Part shown: positions 26,346 to 38,683 of the stretch, in pieces | Position numbering within the stretch: position 1 is the first letter of the stretch | Layout of the letters: each line of letters opens with the position of its first letter | DNA from: Mobula hypostoma | Taxonomy: Eukaryota | DNA length: 64,000 nt | Assembly (NCBI RefSeq): GCF_963921235.1 | Contig: NC_086108.1 | Span: 104,534,001-104,598,000, forward strand | Direction of reading: 5' to 3' | The notes under the pieces: model-generated | Seen by the model: the letters and a program-made list of their open reading frames with translations, nothing else | What the model was told of the DNA's origin: nothing | Database searches by the model: none | Translations under genes and position numbers: made by a program

Positions 26346-26489
26346 CTTTTCCACCATTCTCAGTGCACAAACTATAGCCCCTCTGCTTCCTCAAAGCTAC
26401 CTGCCCCTTCACCTGTCTTTGTATCATCTGCAAACTTTGCAACACAGCAAAGGCTGAGGCACAAAGCAACTTCTTAGTCTTTGTGCAGG

Positions 26490-27180
26490 CTTCCCTAATT
26501 TGCAGGTTGAGGCTGTGGTGAGGAAGTCAAATGTGACGTTGGCATTAATTTCAGGAGGACTAGAATATAAAAGCAAGGATATAATGTTGAGGCTTTATAA
26601 AGCACTAGTGAGGCCTCACTTGGAGTATTGTGAACAGTTTTAGGCCCCGTATCTTAGAAAGGATATGCTGAAACTGGAAAGGGTTCAAAGGAAATTCACA
26701 AAAATGATTCCAGGATTGACTGGTTTGTCATATGAAGACCGTCTGATATCTCTGGGCCTGTATTCACTAGAAATTGGAGGAATGAGGGGTGACCTAATTG
26801 AAACCTATGGAATGGTGAAAGGCCTTGATAGAGTGGATGTGGAGAAGACGTTTCCTATGGTGGCAGAGTCTAAGAAAAGAATACACAGCCTCAGAATAGA
26901 GGGATGTCCTTTTAGAATGTAGATGAGGAGGAATTTATTTACCAAGAGAGTAGTGAATTTGCAGTAGTAATTGGCACAGGCAGCTGTGGAGGCCATGTCA
27001 TTGGGTATATTTAAGACAGAGACTGATAGATTCTTGATTGCTCATGGCATGAAGGGATACAGGGAGACGGCAGGAGTTTGGGGATGAGAGTAAAAATGGA
27101 TCAGCAATGATGAAATGGAGGATCAGACTCAATGGTCCAAATGGCCTAATTCTGCTCCTATATCTTATGGTGTTATGGTC
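26490..27180 (+). mobile_element. CR1 3' fragment
   Basis: Motifs LYKALVRPHLEYC and LERVQRKFTKMIPG, followed by the CR1 3' tail. Confidence 0.85.
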
Positions 27181-28287
27181 TAAACCAGGTGCTGCCCACC
27201 CAACTTCCATTGGTCCAAACGCATTTCTATTTTAAAACTTTGGTCCTTGTATTCAAATCCCTCAGTTCCCACCTTTCTTTGTAACACTGCATGTTTTTCC
27301 AGTCCTACACTCTATAGCTGAGGTGTCTGCAGTTTTGGCTTCTTATGCCTTTCTGCTGAAGATCATTCTTCCATCTGAGTCCATTTGCTTTGTCTCCCCA
27401 TCTCTCTGATTGTCGTAGAGTGATACAGTAGGGAACGTGGCTCTTTGGCCCACTGAATCCATGCTGATCATCAACCACTCATCTAAGCAAATCCCGCATT
27501 AATCCAATTTCTTCTTTATTCATCCCAAATCTCATTGGGACCTGTTGAATATTGAAAGGCTTAGACAGAGGGGACACAGAGTGGATGTTTCCCACGGTGG
27601 GGCAGAGTATAGGACCAGAAGAGACAGCCTCAGAATCGAAGGACGTCCCATTAGAACAGAGAAAAGGAGGAATTTGTTTAGCCAGTGGGTGGTGAATCTG
27701 TGGAATCCATTGCCACAGAAGTGGAGGCTAAGTCATTGGGTACATTTAAAGCAGAGTTTGGTAGATTCTTGATTATTCAGGGTGTCAAAGGCTGCAGGGA
27801 GAGGGCAGGGGAGTGGGGTTGTGAGGCAAAATAAATCAGCCATGTTGAAATGGCAGAGCAAACTTGATGGGCTGAATGGCCTAATTCTGCTCAAATGATT
27901 TATTATCTTATGGTCATGTTCCCATCAAGTCCTTCCTGATTTTGGCACCTAATGACAGACGAGGACCAATATACGGCCAATTGACCCACCAGCTAGCACA
28001 TTATAGTCATAAAGTAACACAGCACAGATGCAGGCCCAACTGTACAGTGCAAGACATAAAAATTAATAAGTTACAAAATAAATAGTGCAAAAGATGAATA
28101 ATGAGATGGTGTTCACGGGTTCATTGACCATTCAGAAATTGATGGTGGAGAGGAATCACTGCATCCATTGTCAAAGTGTCATAGAATAATGCTGCATGAA
28201 AACTAGTCCTTCTGCCCAAATGGTTCATGCCGACCGAAATGTTCCATTCAATCGAATCCCACATGGCAGTATTTGGCCAGTAAACTT

Positions 28288-28636
28288 CTAAACCTTCCCA
28301 ATCCATTCCCTGTCAAACTATCTTCTAATCCTTTCCTATCCATCTATCTGTCAAACTATCTTCTAAACCTTTCCAAACCATTCCCTGTCCAACTGTTTTC
28401 TAAACCTTTCCTATCCAAGTACCTGTCCAACTGTTTTCTAAACCTTTCCTATCCAAGTACCTGTCCAACTGTTTTCTAAACCTTTCCTATCCATGTACCT
28501 GTCCAACTGTTTTCTAAACCTTTCCTATCCAAGTACCTGTCCAACTGTTTTCTAAACCTTTCCTATCCATGTACCTGTCCAACTGTTTTCTAAACCTTTC
28601 CCATCCATGTATCTGTCCAACTATCTTCTAAACCTT
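28288..28636 (+). repeat. Minisatellite of about 9 units of 37-38 bp (CTAAACCTTTCCTATCCAWGTACCTGTCCAACTGTTTT)
   Basis: Units start at 28288, 28325, 28363, 28400, 28438, 28476, 28514, 28552, 28590 and 28628 (partial). Confidence 0.92.
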
Positions 28637-28639
28637 AAG

Positions 28640-30770
28640 ACCATAAGATCATAAGACATAGGAGTAGAATTAGGCCATTTGACCCATCAAGTCTGCTCTG
28701 ACATTTAATCAGACATCTACTTTGTCTAGGCATTTTAACATTCAGAAGGTTTCAATGAGGTCTCCTGTTATTCTTCTAAATTCGAGTGAGTACAAGTGTT
28801 CCTTGTATGATAAACCTTTCATTCCCGGAAACATCCTTGTGAACCTCCTTTGAGCCCGGAGGAGCTCACCAGTACCTTATAAAGTGCCAGCACCACATCC
28901 CTGCTCTTGTATTCTAGACCTCTTGAAATGAATGCTAGCATTGCATTTGCCTTCCTCACCACTACTTCTACTTGCAAGTTAACCTGTATTCCCAAGTTCC
29001 TTTGCATCTCAGATTTTTGGATTTTCTCCCTATTTAGAAAATAGTCTGCACATTTATTTCTTCTGCCAAATTGTATGATCATGCATTTTTCAACATTACA
29101 TTTTATTTGCCACTTTCTTGCCCATTCTCATAATCTGTCTAAGTCCTTCAGCAGCCTACCTGTTTCCTTAACACTATCTACCCCTCTACCACTCTTAGTA
29201 TCATCTGAAAACTTGGCAACAAACCCATCTATTCCATCATCTAAATCATTGATATACTGCATAAAAGCGGTCCCAACGCCAGCCCCTGCAGAACACCACT
29301 AGTCACTGGCAGCCAACCCAGAAAGGATCCTTTTATTCCCATTCACAGCTCCCAATCAGCCAATTCTCTAACCATGCTAGTAACTTTCCTGTAATGCTAT
29401 GGGTTCTTAACTTGGTAAGCAGCCTCATGTGTGGCACCTTGTCAAAGGCCTTCTGAAAGTCCAAATATAAAACATCCACTGTATCCCCTTTATCTATCCT
29501 ACTTGTAATCTCCTCAAAGATTTCCAACAGGTTCATCAGGAAAGATTTTCCCTTAAGGAAACCATGCTGACTTTGTTCTATATTGTCATGTGTCACCAAT
29601 TATTCCATAACCTCATCCTTAACCATTGACTTCAACATATTCCCAACCACTGAGGTCAGGCTAACTGGTCTATAATTTCCTTTCTGCTGCTCTCGTCCTT
29701 TCTGAAAGAGGTGGCTGAAGAGATTGTGGAGGCATTAGCAATGATCTTGCGAGAATCAGTGGATTCTGGCATGGTTCCAGAGGACTGCGTCGGCTTCTTT
29801 TTATGTTATATGTCAATGATTTAGATGACGGAATTGATGACTTTGTGGCCAAGTTTGCAGACAATACAAAGATAGGTGGAGGGGCAGGTTGTTGTGAGGA
29901 AGTAGAGAGGCTACAGAAGGACTTAGTGAGCTTAGGAGAATGAGCAAAGAAGTGGCAGATGGAGTACAGCATTGGGAAATGTATGGTCTTGCACTTTAGC
30001 AGAAGAAATAAAAGTGTTGACTAATTTCTATATGGAGAGAAAATTCAAAAATCTGAGGTGCAAAGGGACTTGTGTAGGATTCCCTGGAGGCTAAGTTGCA
30101 GGTGAGTTGGTGGTGAGGAAGGCAAATGCAATGTTAGCATTCATTTCGAGAGGGCTAGAATATAAAAGTAAGGTGAGGAGGCTTTATAAAGCACTGGTGA
30201 GGCCTTGCTTGGAGTATTGTGAGCAGTTTTGGGCCCCTTATCTCAGAAAGGATGTGTTGATATTGGAGAAGGTTCAAAGTAGGTTTATGAAAATTATTTT
30301 GGGATTGAAAGGCTTGTCATATGAGGAGGATTTGATGGCTTTGGGCCTCTACTCACTGGAATTCAGATGAATGAGGGGTGACCTCATTGAAACCTATTGA
30401 ATGTTGAAAGGTCTTGACAGAGTTGATGTGGAGAAAATGCTTCCTATGGTGGGGTAGTCTAAGACTAGAGGATACAGCCTCAGAATAGAGGGACATCCAT
30501 TTAGAATGGAGATGAGGAGGAATTTCTTTAGCCAGAGAGTGGTGAATCTGTGGAATTCTTTGCCATAGGTGGTTGTGGAGGCCAAGTCACTGGGTATATT
30601 TAAGGCAGAGGTTAATGGATTCTTGATTAGTTAGGGTGTGAAAGGTTATGGGGAGAAGACAGTAGAGTGGGGCTGAGAGGGAAAATGGATCAGCCATAAT
30701 GAAATGGCAGAGCAGACTTGATGGGCCAAACGGCCTAATTCTGTTCCTATATCTTATGGATCTTATGTAA
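28640..30770. mobile_element. Two CR1 fragments head-to-head (about 28640-29705 minus, about 29705-30770 plus)
   Basis: RT motifs on opposite strands, with CR1 tails at both outer ends. Confidence 0.75.
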
Positions 30771-31669
30771 AGAGGCAGATGGAGTTCAATCCAGAAAAGT
30801 GTGAAGTGATTCACTTTAGAATACCACATGGAAACAAGTCCTTCACCCCAACTGGTCCATGTTCCCATCGAAGCTAATCACATTTCCTGCATTTGGCTTA
30901 CATCCCTCTAAACTTTTCCTATCCATGTACCTGTCCAAGTATCTTTTAAATGTTGCTAATGTGCCCGCCTCAGTGACTTCCTTAAGCAGGTCATTCCATA
31001 TAATGACCATCCTCTGGGTGAAAAAAATTGTCCCTCATGTTCCTATGACTTTAAATACAGTATTTCCTCTCTCACCCTGAACCTATGCCCCTTTAATTCT
31101 TGTTTTTGTGGCACTGGGGTAAAGGCTGTCTTTGGGACTGTCTTCCCCAGAGTTCCAAAGACTCCTGGCCCTCTGACAGAAATAAAATATCACATTCTTG
31201 TCCATAAGAGGAAGCATCCTCTTCACATTCACCCTGACAAGAACACACGGCATCTTAAATGTGATGTTGGAATAGTGGTATATCATAAACACATGAGATT
31301 CTGCGGACGCTGGAAGTCTAGAGCAACACACATAAAATACTGGAGGAACTCAGAAGGTCAGGCAGCACCTAAGGAGGGGAATAAAAAGTCATTTCTTTGG
31401 GCTGAGAACATTGAACAGCTCTGGAAAGGAAGGGGGAAGAAGCCAGAATAAGAAGGTGGGGCAGGGGAAGGAGTACAAGCTGGCAGGTGATGGATGAGAC
31501 CAGGTGAGGAGGAAGCTGCGTGGGTGGGGAGGAGGAATGAAGTAAAAAGCTGCAAGGGGATAGGCGGAAGAGGAAAAGTGCTGAAAAAGAAGGAATCTGA
31601 TAGGAAAGTGGACCATGGATGAAAGGGAAGGGAGATGGTGGGCAAGTGAGAATGGGTAAGAGGGGAGTC

Positions 31670-33745
31670 CGTAAGAAGTAGGAGCAGAATTAGGCCATTC
31701 AGCCCATCGAGTCTGCTCTGCCATTCCATCATGGTTGATCCCACTCAACCCCATTCACCTGTCTTCTCGCCATATTCTTTGATGCCCTGGCTGATCAGGA
31801 AACTATCAGCTTCCACCTTAAATATAACCATGGACTTGGCCTTCACCGTAGCCTGTGGCAGAGCATTCCATAGTTTCATTACTCTCTGTCTAAAAAAATT
31901 CTTCCTTATCGTTTTTTTAAAAGGTCACTCCTCAGATCTGAGGCTGTGCCCTCTTGTTCTGGACACCTCCACCATAAGAAATATCCTCTCCACATCCAGC
32001 ACATCTAGTCATTTCAATATTTGGTATATTTCATTGAGATCCCCCTGCATTCTTATAAATTACAGTGAGTACAGGCCCAAAGCTGCCAAATGCTCCTCAT
32101 ATGTCAACCCCTTCATTCCCAGAATCATCCTCGTGAACCTCATCTGGGCTCTCTCCAATGACAACACATCCTTTCTGACTTATGGGGCTCAAAGCTGTTG
32201 ACAATACTCCAAGTGTGGCCAGACTAGTGTCTTATAGAGCCTCAGCATGAGCTCCTTGGTTTTATATTCTATTGCTATTGAAATAAATGGCAACAGTGCA
32301 TTTGCCTTCTTTACCACAGACTCAGCTTGTAAATTAACCTTCTGGGAGTCTTGCACGAGGACTCCTGAGTCCCTCTATTGCAGGGGTCCCCAACCTTTTT
32401 TGCGCTGCGGACCGGTTTAATATTGACAATATTCTTGCGGACCGGCAGACTGGGGGTGGGGTGGGGTAGGGTTGCCAACGGACAAGAGTAGCAGTTAAAT
32501 GCATTGTTTACCCAAAAGACTACAATGACCATGAAGCCTTGCGCGGGCACCAATGCGCATGTGCGTCGTCACCTGCTGATCCCCACCCCATCCCCAAGCA
32601 AATCCTTTTTGGCGATTCTGTTCATGGGGGTGGGTGTTAATCACTACCAGAATATAGGTGATAAGTGGGTAATACACTCAATTTTGTTTCTAAGAGGGTT
32701 TATCTAATGAATTTAATATTAAACACAGAGCGCATATTTTCCTCGCATGAATATAATGATAAGTCAATTATCAGGAGAGCTTGAAGTAAGTGTTGAATGA
32801 ACATCCAGTAGAAGTGGCAGAAGCAGGTTCGATATGATCATTTAAAGAAAAATTGGATAAGTATATGGACAGGAAAGGAATGGAAGGTTATGGGTTGGGT
32901 GAGAGTAACGTTCGGCACGGACTAGAAGGGCCAAGATGGCCTGTTTCGGTGCTGTAATTGTTTTATGGTTATATAGGTCACTTATAAGTCAATAGCATCA
33001 TAACATTTTAAGTAACATTTGGATATTAAACGTGCAGCACATATTTTCCCCGTATGAATATATAAAATCATTGCAACACACCAATATCGCTGAATCAGTG
33101 GGAGCCCTGGGCTTGTTTCCCTGTAACAACACCATCCTATTGAGGGGTGACGGGAGACAGCGATACTCGAAGGGGGTTCCTAATGTCCAGTCTATTTTGC
33201 AGTTTAGTTTTTGCTGCATTCATTGCAGAAAACTCCGCTTCGCAGAAAAATGTTGGAAATGAAAGCAACGTTTTCAGTGCTTTCGTGGCTGTCTCAGGAT
33301 ATTTAGCCTTGACTTTGATCCAAAATGCCGACAGAGATGTTATGTCAAACATACTTTTCAGCCCGTCGTCATTTGCAAGCTCAAGGAGTTGATCTCCTTC
33401 CCGCCCTGACACGGATGACGTGCGGGTCATGACCTCGCATGCGTAATGGCTGATCAGTGGCCATGACAGGGAATGAGGAAAGGTGCAGCTGACTCCTATC
33501 GCCAAATCATATCGCTTCCTCGCGGCCCGGTAGCGCATGCCCTGTGGCCCGGTGGTTGGGGACCGCTGCTCTATTGTTCCTTTTACCAAAATGTATTATC
33601 ATATTTCCCAGCATTGTATTCCACCTGTCACTTTTTTGTCCATACTTCCAATTTTACTCCTACTACAATTGCATTGCTTCCTCAGCACTACCTACCCTTC
33701 CACCTATCTTCATATCATCCACAAACTTTGCCATAAAGCCATCAA
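31670..33745 (-). mobile_element. CR1 3' fragment split by a hAT insertion
   Basis: CR1 sequence at 31670-32372 resumes after 33577. Confidence 0.7.
32381..33568 (-). mobile_element. Non-autonomous hAT (Charlie/Buster-like) transposon with a transposase C-terminal remnant
   Basis: TIRs CAGGGGTCCCCAACC / CAGCGGTCCCCAACC and a perfect 8-bp TSD ctctattg. Peptide FWIKVKAKYPETATKALKTLLSFPT..CEAEFSAM..KTKLQNRLD resembles the hAT dimerisation domain. Confidence 0.92.
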
Positions 33746-36700
33746 TTTCTTTTTTTTCTTTTTAAATCTTTTTATTAATTTTCAAAATTATAAACTCAAT
33801 AACAAAGTTGGTACAAAGAGATTGGAATAATGTTAATCAGCATATACAAAACGAATTTTAAGTAACATGGATATGAAAGACTTCCAAATTCATAATGAAA
33901 TTAGTCATTAAAAAAAAAGAAAAAAAATAAACAAAAAACAACCCCAAAAGAAAAAGAGAACCCCCCCCAAAAAAAAGAAAACAGGGCTAGACCAAAATCT
34001 TGTATCAGACACGTTCAGTAATGTCGTTAACTCCGCTCCTCTAATCATATAATTTAAGTTTAGAAAAAAGATTCGGAAAGGTCAGATTACATCATATGAA
34101 AATGTTGCATAAAAGGTTTCCAAGTTTCTTCAAATTTAACCGAAGGGTCAAAAATATCACTTCTAATTTTTTCTAAATTTAAACTTAATATAGTTTGAGA
34201 AAACTATTGGAATGTAGTTGGAGGATTATTTTCCTTCCAGTTCAACAAAATAGATCTTCTCGCCATTAAAGTAACAAATGCTATCATCTGACAGGCTGAA
34301 GAAGACAAAGATCTATGTTCTACCATTGGCAATCCAAAAATTGCCGTAATAGGATGGGGTTTTAAGTCAAAGCATAGAACTGTTGAAATAATATCAAAAA
34401 TATCTTTCCAATATTTTTCCAAAAGAGGATAGGACCAAAACATATGAGTTAAAGAAGCCACTTCAGAGTGACATCTATCACAAATAGGATTTATATGGGA
34501 ATAAAAATGAGCTAGTTTATCTTTGGACATGTGGGTTCTGTGTACTACTTTAAATTGTATTAATAGACAATAGACAATAGACAATAGGTGCAGAAGTAGA
34601 CCATTCGGCCCTTCGAGCCTGCACCGCCATTCTGAGATCATGGCTGATCATCTACTATCAATACCCGGTTCCTGCCTTGTCCCCATAACCCTTGATTCCC
34701 CTATCCATAAGATACCTATCTAGCTCCTTCTTGAAAGCATCAAGAGAATTGGCCTCCACTGCCTTCTGAGGCAGCACGTTCCACACCTCTACAACTCTCT
34801 GGGAGAAGAAGTTCCTCCTCAACTCTGTCCTAAATGACCTACCCCTTATTCTTAAACCATGCCCTCTGGTACTGGACTCTCCCAGCATCTGGAACATATT
34901 TCCTGCCTCTATCTTGTCCAATCCCTTAATAATCTTATATGTCTCAATCAGATCCCCCCTCAATCTTCTTAATTCCAGCGTGTACAAGCCCAGTCTCTCT
35001 AACCTCTCTGTGTAAGACAGTCCGGACATCCCAGGAATTAACCTAGTGAACCTACGCTGCACCTCCTCCACAGCCAGGATGTCCTTCCTTAACCCTGGAG
35101 ACCAAAACTGCACACAATACTCCAGGTGTGGTCTCACCAGGGCCCTGTACAAATGCAAAAGGATTTCCTTGCTTTTGTACTCAATTCCCTTTGTAATAAA
35201 GGCCAACATTCCATTAGCCTTCTTCACTGCCTGCTGCACTTGCTCATTCACCTTCAGAGACTGATGAACAAGTACTCCTCGATCTCTTTGTATTTCTCCC
35301 TTACCTAACTCCGCACCGTTCAGATAATAATCTGCCTTCCTGTTCTTGCTCCCAAAGTGAATAACCTCACACTTATTCACATTAAACGCCATCTGCCAAG
35401 TTTCTGCCCACTCACCCAGCCTATCCAAGTCACCTTGAATTCTCCTAACATCCTCATCACATGTCACACTGCCACCCAGCTTAGTATCATCAGCAAGCTT
35501 GCTGATGTTATTCACAATGCCTTCCTCTAAATCATTGACGTAAATTGTAAACAGCTGTGGTCCCAATACCGAGCCCTGTGGCACCCCACTAGTCACCACC
35601 TGCCATTCCGAGAAACACCCATTCACTGCTACCCTTTGCTTTCTATCTGCCAACCAGTTTTCTATCCATGTCAATATCCTCCCCCCAATGCCATGAGCTC
35701 TGATTTTACCCACCAATCTCCTATGTGGTACCTTCAAATGCCTTCTGAAAGTCAAGGTACACCACATCCACTGGATCTCCCGCGTCTATCTTCCTGGTTA
35801 CATCCTCGAAAACCTCCAATAGATTAGTCAAGCATGATTTGCCCTTGGTAAATCCATGCTGGCTCGGCCCAATCCTATCACTGCTATCAAGATATGCTGC
35901 TATTTCATCTTTAATAATGGACTCTAGCATCTTCCCCACTACTGATGTTAGGCTAACAGGGCGATAGTTCTCTGTTTTCTCCCTGCCTCCTTTCTTAAAA
36001 AGTGGGATAACATTAGCCATTCGCCAATCCTCAGGAACTGATCCTGAATCTAAGGAACATTGGAAAATGATCACCAATGCATCTGCAATTTCCAGAGCCA
36101 CCTCCTTTAGTACCCTGGGATGCAGACCATCTGGACCTGGGGATTTGTTAGCCTTCAGTCCCATCAGTCTACTCATCACCGTTTCCTTCCTAATGTCAAT
36201 CTGTTTCAGTTCCTCTGTTACCCTATGTCCTTGGCCCATCCATACATCTGGGAGGTTGCTTGTGTCTTCCCTAGTGATCCAAAGTACTTATTAAATTCGT
36301 CTGCCATTTCTCTGTTTCCCATAACAATTTCTCCCAATTCATTCTTCAAGGGCCCAACATTGTTCTTAACTATCTTCCTTCTCTTCACACACCTAAAAAA
36401 ACTTTTGCTATCTCCCTTTATATTCCTAGCTAGCTTGCGTTCATACCTCATTTTTTCTCCCTGTATAGCCTTTTTAGTTAAGTTCTGTTGCTCCTTAAAA
36501 ATTTCCCATCATCAGTCTTCCCACTTACCTTAGCTCTGTTATACTTCTTTTTTAATGCTATGCTATCTCTGACTTCCTTTGTCAACCACTGTGGCCACTT
36601 TCCCCCCTTTGAATCCTTCCTTCTCCGGGGGATGAACTGATTTTGCACCTTGTGCATTATTCCCAAGAATACCTGCCATTGCTGTTCCACTGTCTTTTCT

Positions 36701-38080
36701 GCTAGGATATCCGACCAGTCAACTTTGGCTAGCTCCTCTCTCATGGCTCCATAGTCTCCTTTGTTCAACTGCAATACTGACACTTCTGATCTGCCCTTAT
36801 CCCTCTCAACTTGCAGATAAAAACTTATCATATTATGGTCACTACCTCCTAATGGCTCCTTTACTTCAAGGTCACTTATCAAATCTTGTTCATTGCACAA
36901 CACTAAATCCAGAATAGCCTTATCCCTGGTCGGCTCTCGTACAAGCTGCTCCAAAAATGCATCCCGTAGGCACTCTACAAACTCCCTATCCTGGGGTCCA
37001 GTACCAACCTGATTTCCCCAGTTCACCTGCATGTTGAAATCCCCCATAACTACTGCGACATTTCCTTTGCCACATGCCATTGTTAACTCCCTATTCAACT
37101 TGCACCCAATATCCATGCTACTGTTTGGGGGCCTGTAGATAACACTTATTAGGGTCTTTTTGCCCTTACTGTTCCTCCGTTCTATCCACACTGACTCTAC
37201 TTCTCCTGATTCTATGTCCCCCCCTTGCAAGGGACTGAATCTCATTCCTCACCAACAGGGCCACCCCACCCCGTCTGCCCACCTTTCTGTCCCTTCGATA
37301 GCACGTATACCCTTGTACATTCAATTCCCAGGTCTGATCCCCCTGCAGCCATGTCTCCGTTATCCCGACAACATCATAGTTACCCATTCGCACCTGAGCT
37401 TCAAGCTCATCCGCCTTATTTCTGACACTTCGCGCATTCAGATATAGAATTTTTAACCCATTTCTCCTCTCTCTGTTTAAATCACTACCTATTGTGCATA
37501 ACCCAGCTCCCCGAACTCTCACCGGGCTATACACCCCTTGAATTTTGTTGTCCTTCTTAAATTTACTTACTCTTTCTGCACATTTAACTCCATGCTCCGT
37601 CAGACCATCCCTCTGCACATGTATCATCCTTATCACTCGTTCTGCCTCACTTAATACTTCACACTTAATATTCCGGAACCATGTAGACCCCACCTGTCCT
37701 TTATACTTCATCTCGTTATCCTCTCTCACATTCTGGATCCCTGCCCCCTGCAAATTTAGTTTAAACCCCCCCAAGCAGCACTAGCAAACTTTCCTGCAAG
37801 AATGTTAGTACCCCTCCAGTTCAGGTGTAAACAGTCCCGTCGCAACAGATCCCACCTTCCCTGGAACAAAGCCCAATTATCTAAAAATCCAAGTATCTAA
37901 TGTATGTTTAGCACACGTAGAAGAAGTACTAACTAATTGAAAAATTTTTCCCCATTTCTCTATAGGTAAACAAAGTTGAAGTTCCCTTTCCCATTCATTT
38001 TTAATTTTATCAGATATACCTGGCTGTAATTTCATAATTATATCATAAATAATTGCTATTAATCCCTTCTGCAAAGGATT
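33746..38080 (-). mobile_element. 5'-truncated L1 (ORF2 C-terminus and 3'UTR) split by a CR1
   Basis: STSSTCAKHTL|IQFKVVHRTHMSKDKL...CDRC...HMFWS joins across the insert. The 3' end AATAAAAAGATTTAAAAAG is the same as in the full-length L1. Confidence 0.85.
34565..37897 (-). mobile_element. Young CR1 LINE: end of ORF1 (SGNH esterase-like) plus ORF2 (APE endonuclease + RT) with several frameshifts
   Basis: Motifs LHLNWRGTNILAG, YLNARSV, ITETWL, YRPPN, MGDFN, SDHN, QGSVLGP and LADDTK, with a (CTATTGT)n tail. Probable TSD TAAT (34561-34564 / 37898-37901). Confidence 0.93.
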
Positions 38081-38495
38081 TAAGCCTGGTGGCCGTCCTC
38101 ATTCCCTTTCTCCCATAAATTATCCATTGTCTTCTATCTGATTCCTTTTTCAGCCCTTTACCCTTTGCACCTGTCACTTGCCAGCTTCTTACGTCAATCC
38201 CCTTCCAAACCCCACATACCTTCCTCCTCACCTGATCTCACCTATCACCAAGCAGTTTGACACCTTCGTATTCTGGCTTCTGTCCCCTTCTTTTCCAGTC
38301 CTGATTAAGGGTCTCAACCTGAAACATCAACTTCTTATTCCCCTCCATTTGAATACTGATGTTGTAATTGCTACTCTTGATGTTTAGAGTTTAATCCATG
38401 ATGCTTCAATTAAGCCGTGCCATTTATCAGAAAGAGGAGGAACAGAGGTGGAAACGAGCAGAAGGACTTTCTTGTATTTGGAGAAGAATGCTTAC

Positions 38496-38683
38496 CTGGT
38501 GCTGCTTTTTACCTTGGAGGATTTTCTTTAGCTTGAGAAGGACCAACTTGCCCTCAGCTTGCATTTTTTCCGAGGAATTTGCATTAGTCCAGTTGCTTCT
38601 CATCAACAGGTGATTTACTCTTGTGAGGGACTCATCCATTTGTAGTTCGATCCGCACCTTTTTGATTGGAATGTCAGTAGGAA
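38496..38683 (-). CDS. vtg: Vitellogenin exon (end of lipovitellin I): VPTDIPIKKVRIELQ...VLLKLKKILQGKKQHQ
   Basis: Acceptor cttacttttag|, donor |gtaagc, 188 nt, phase 1 to 0. The KLKKIL motif precedes phosvitin in vitellogenins. Confidence 0.92.

Noticed and set aside
28288..28636. CRISPR-like array of 37-38 bp repeats
   Set aside because: The units are contiguous with no unique spacers, the context is eukaryotic, and the unit derives from CR1.
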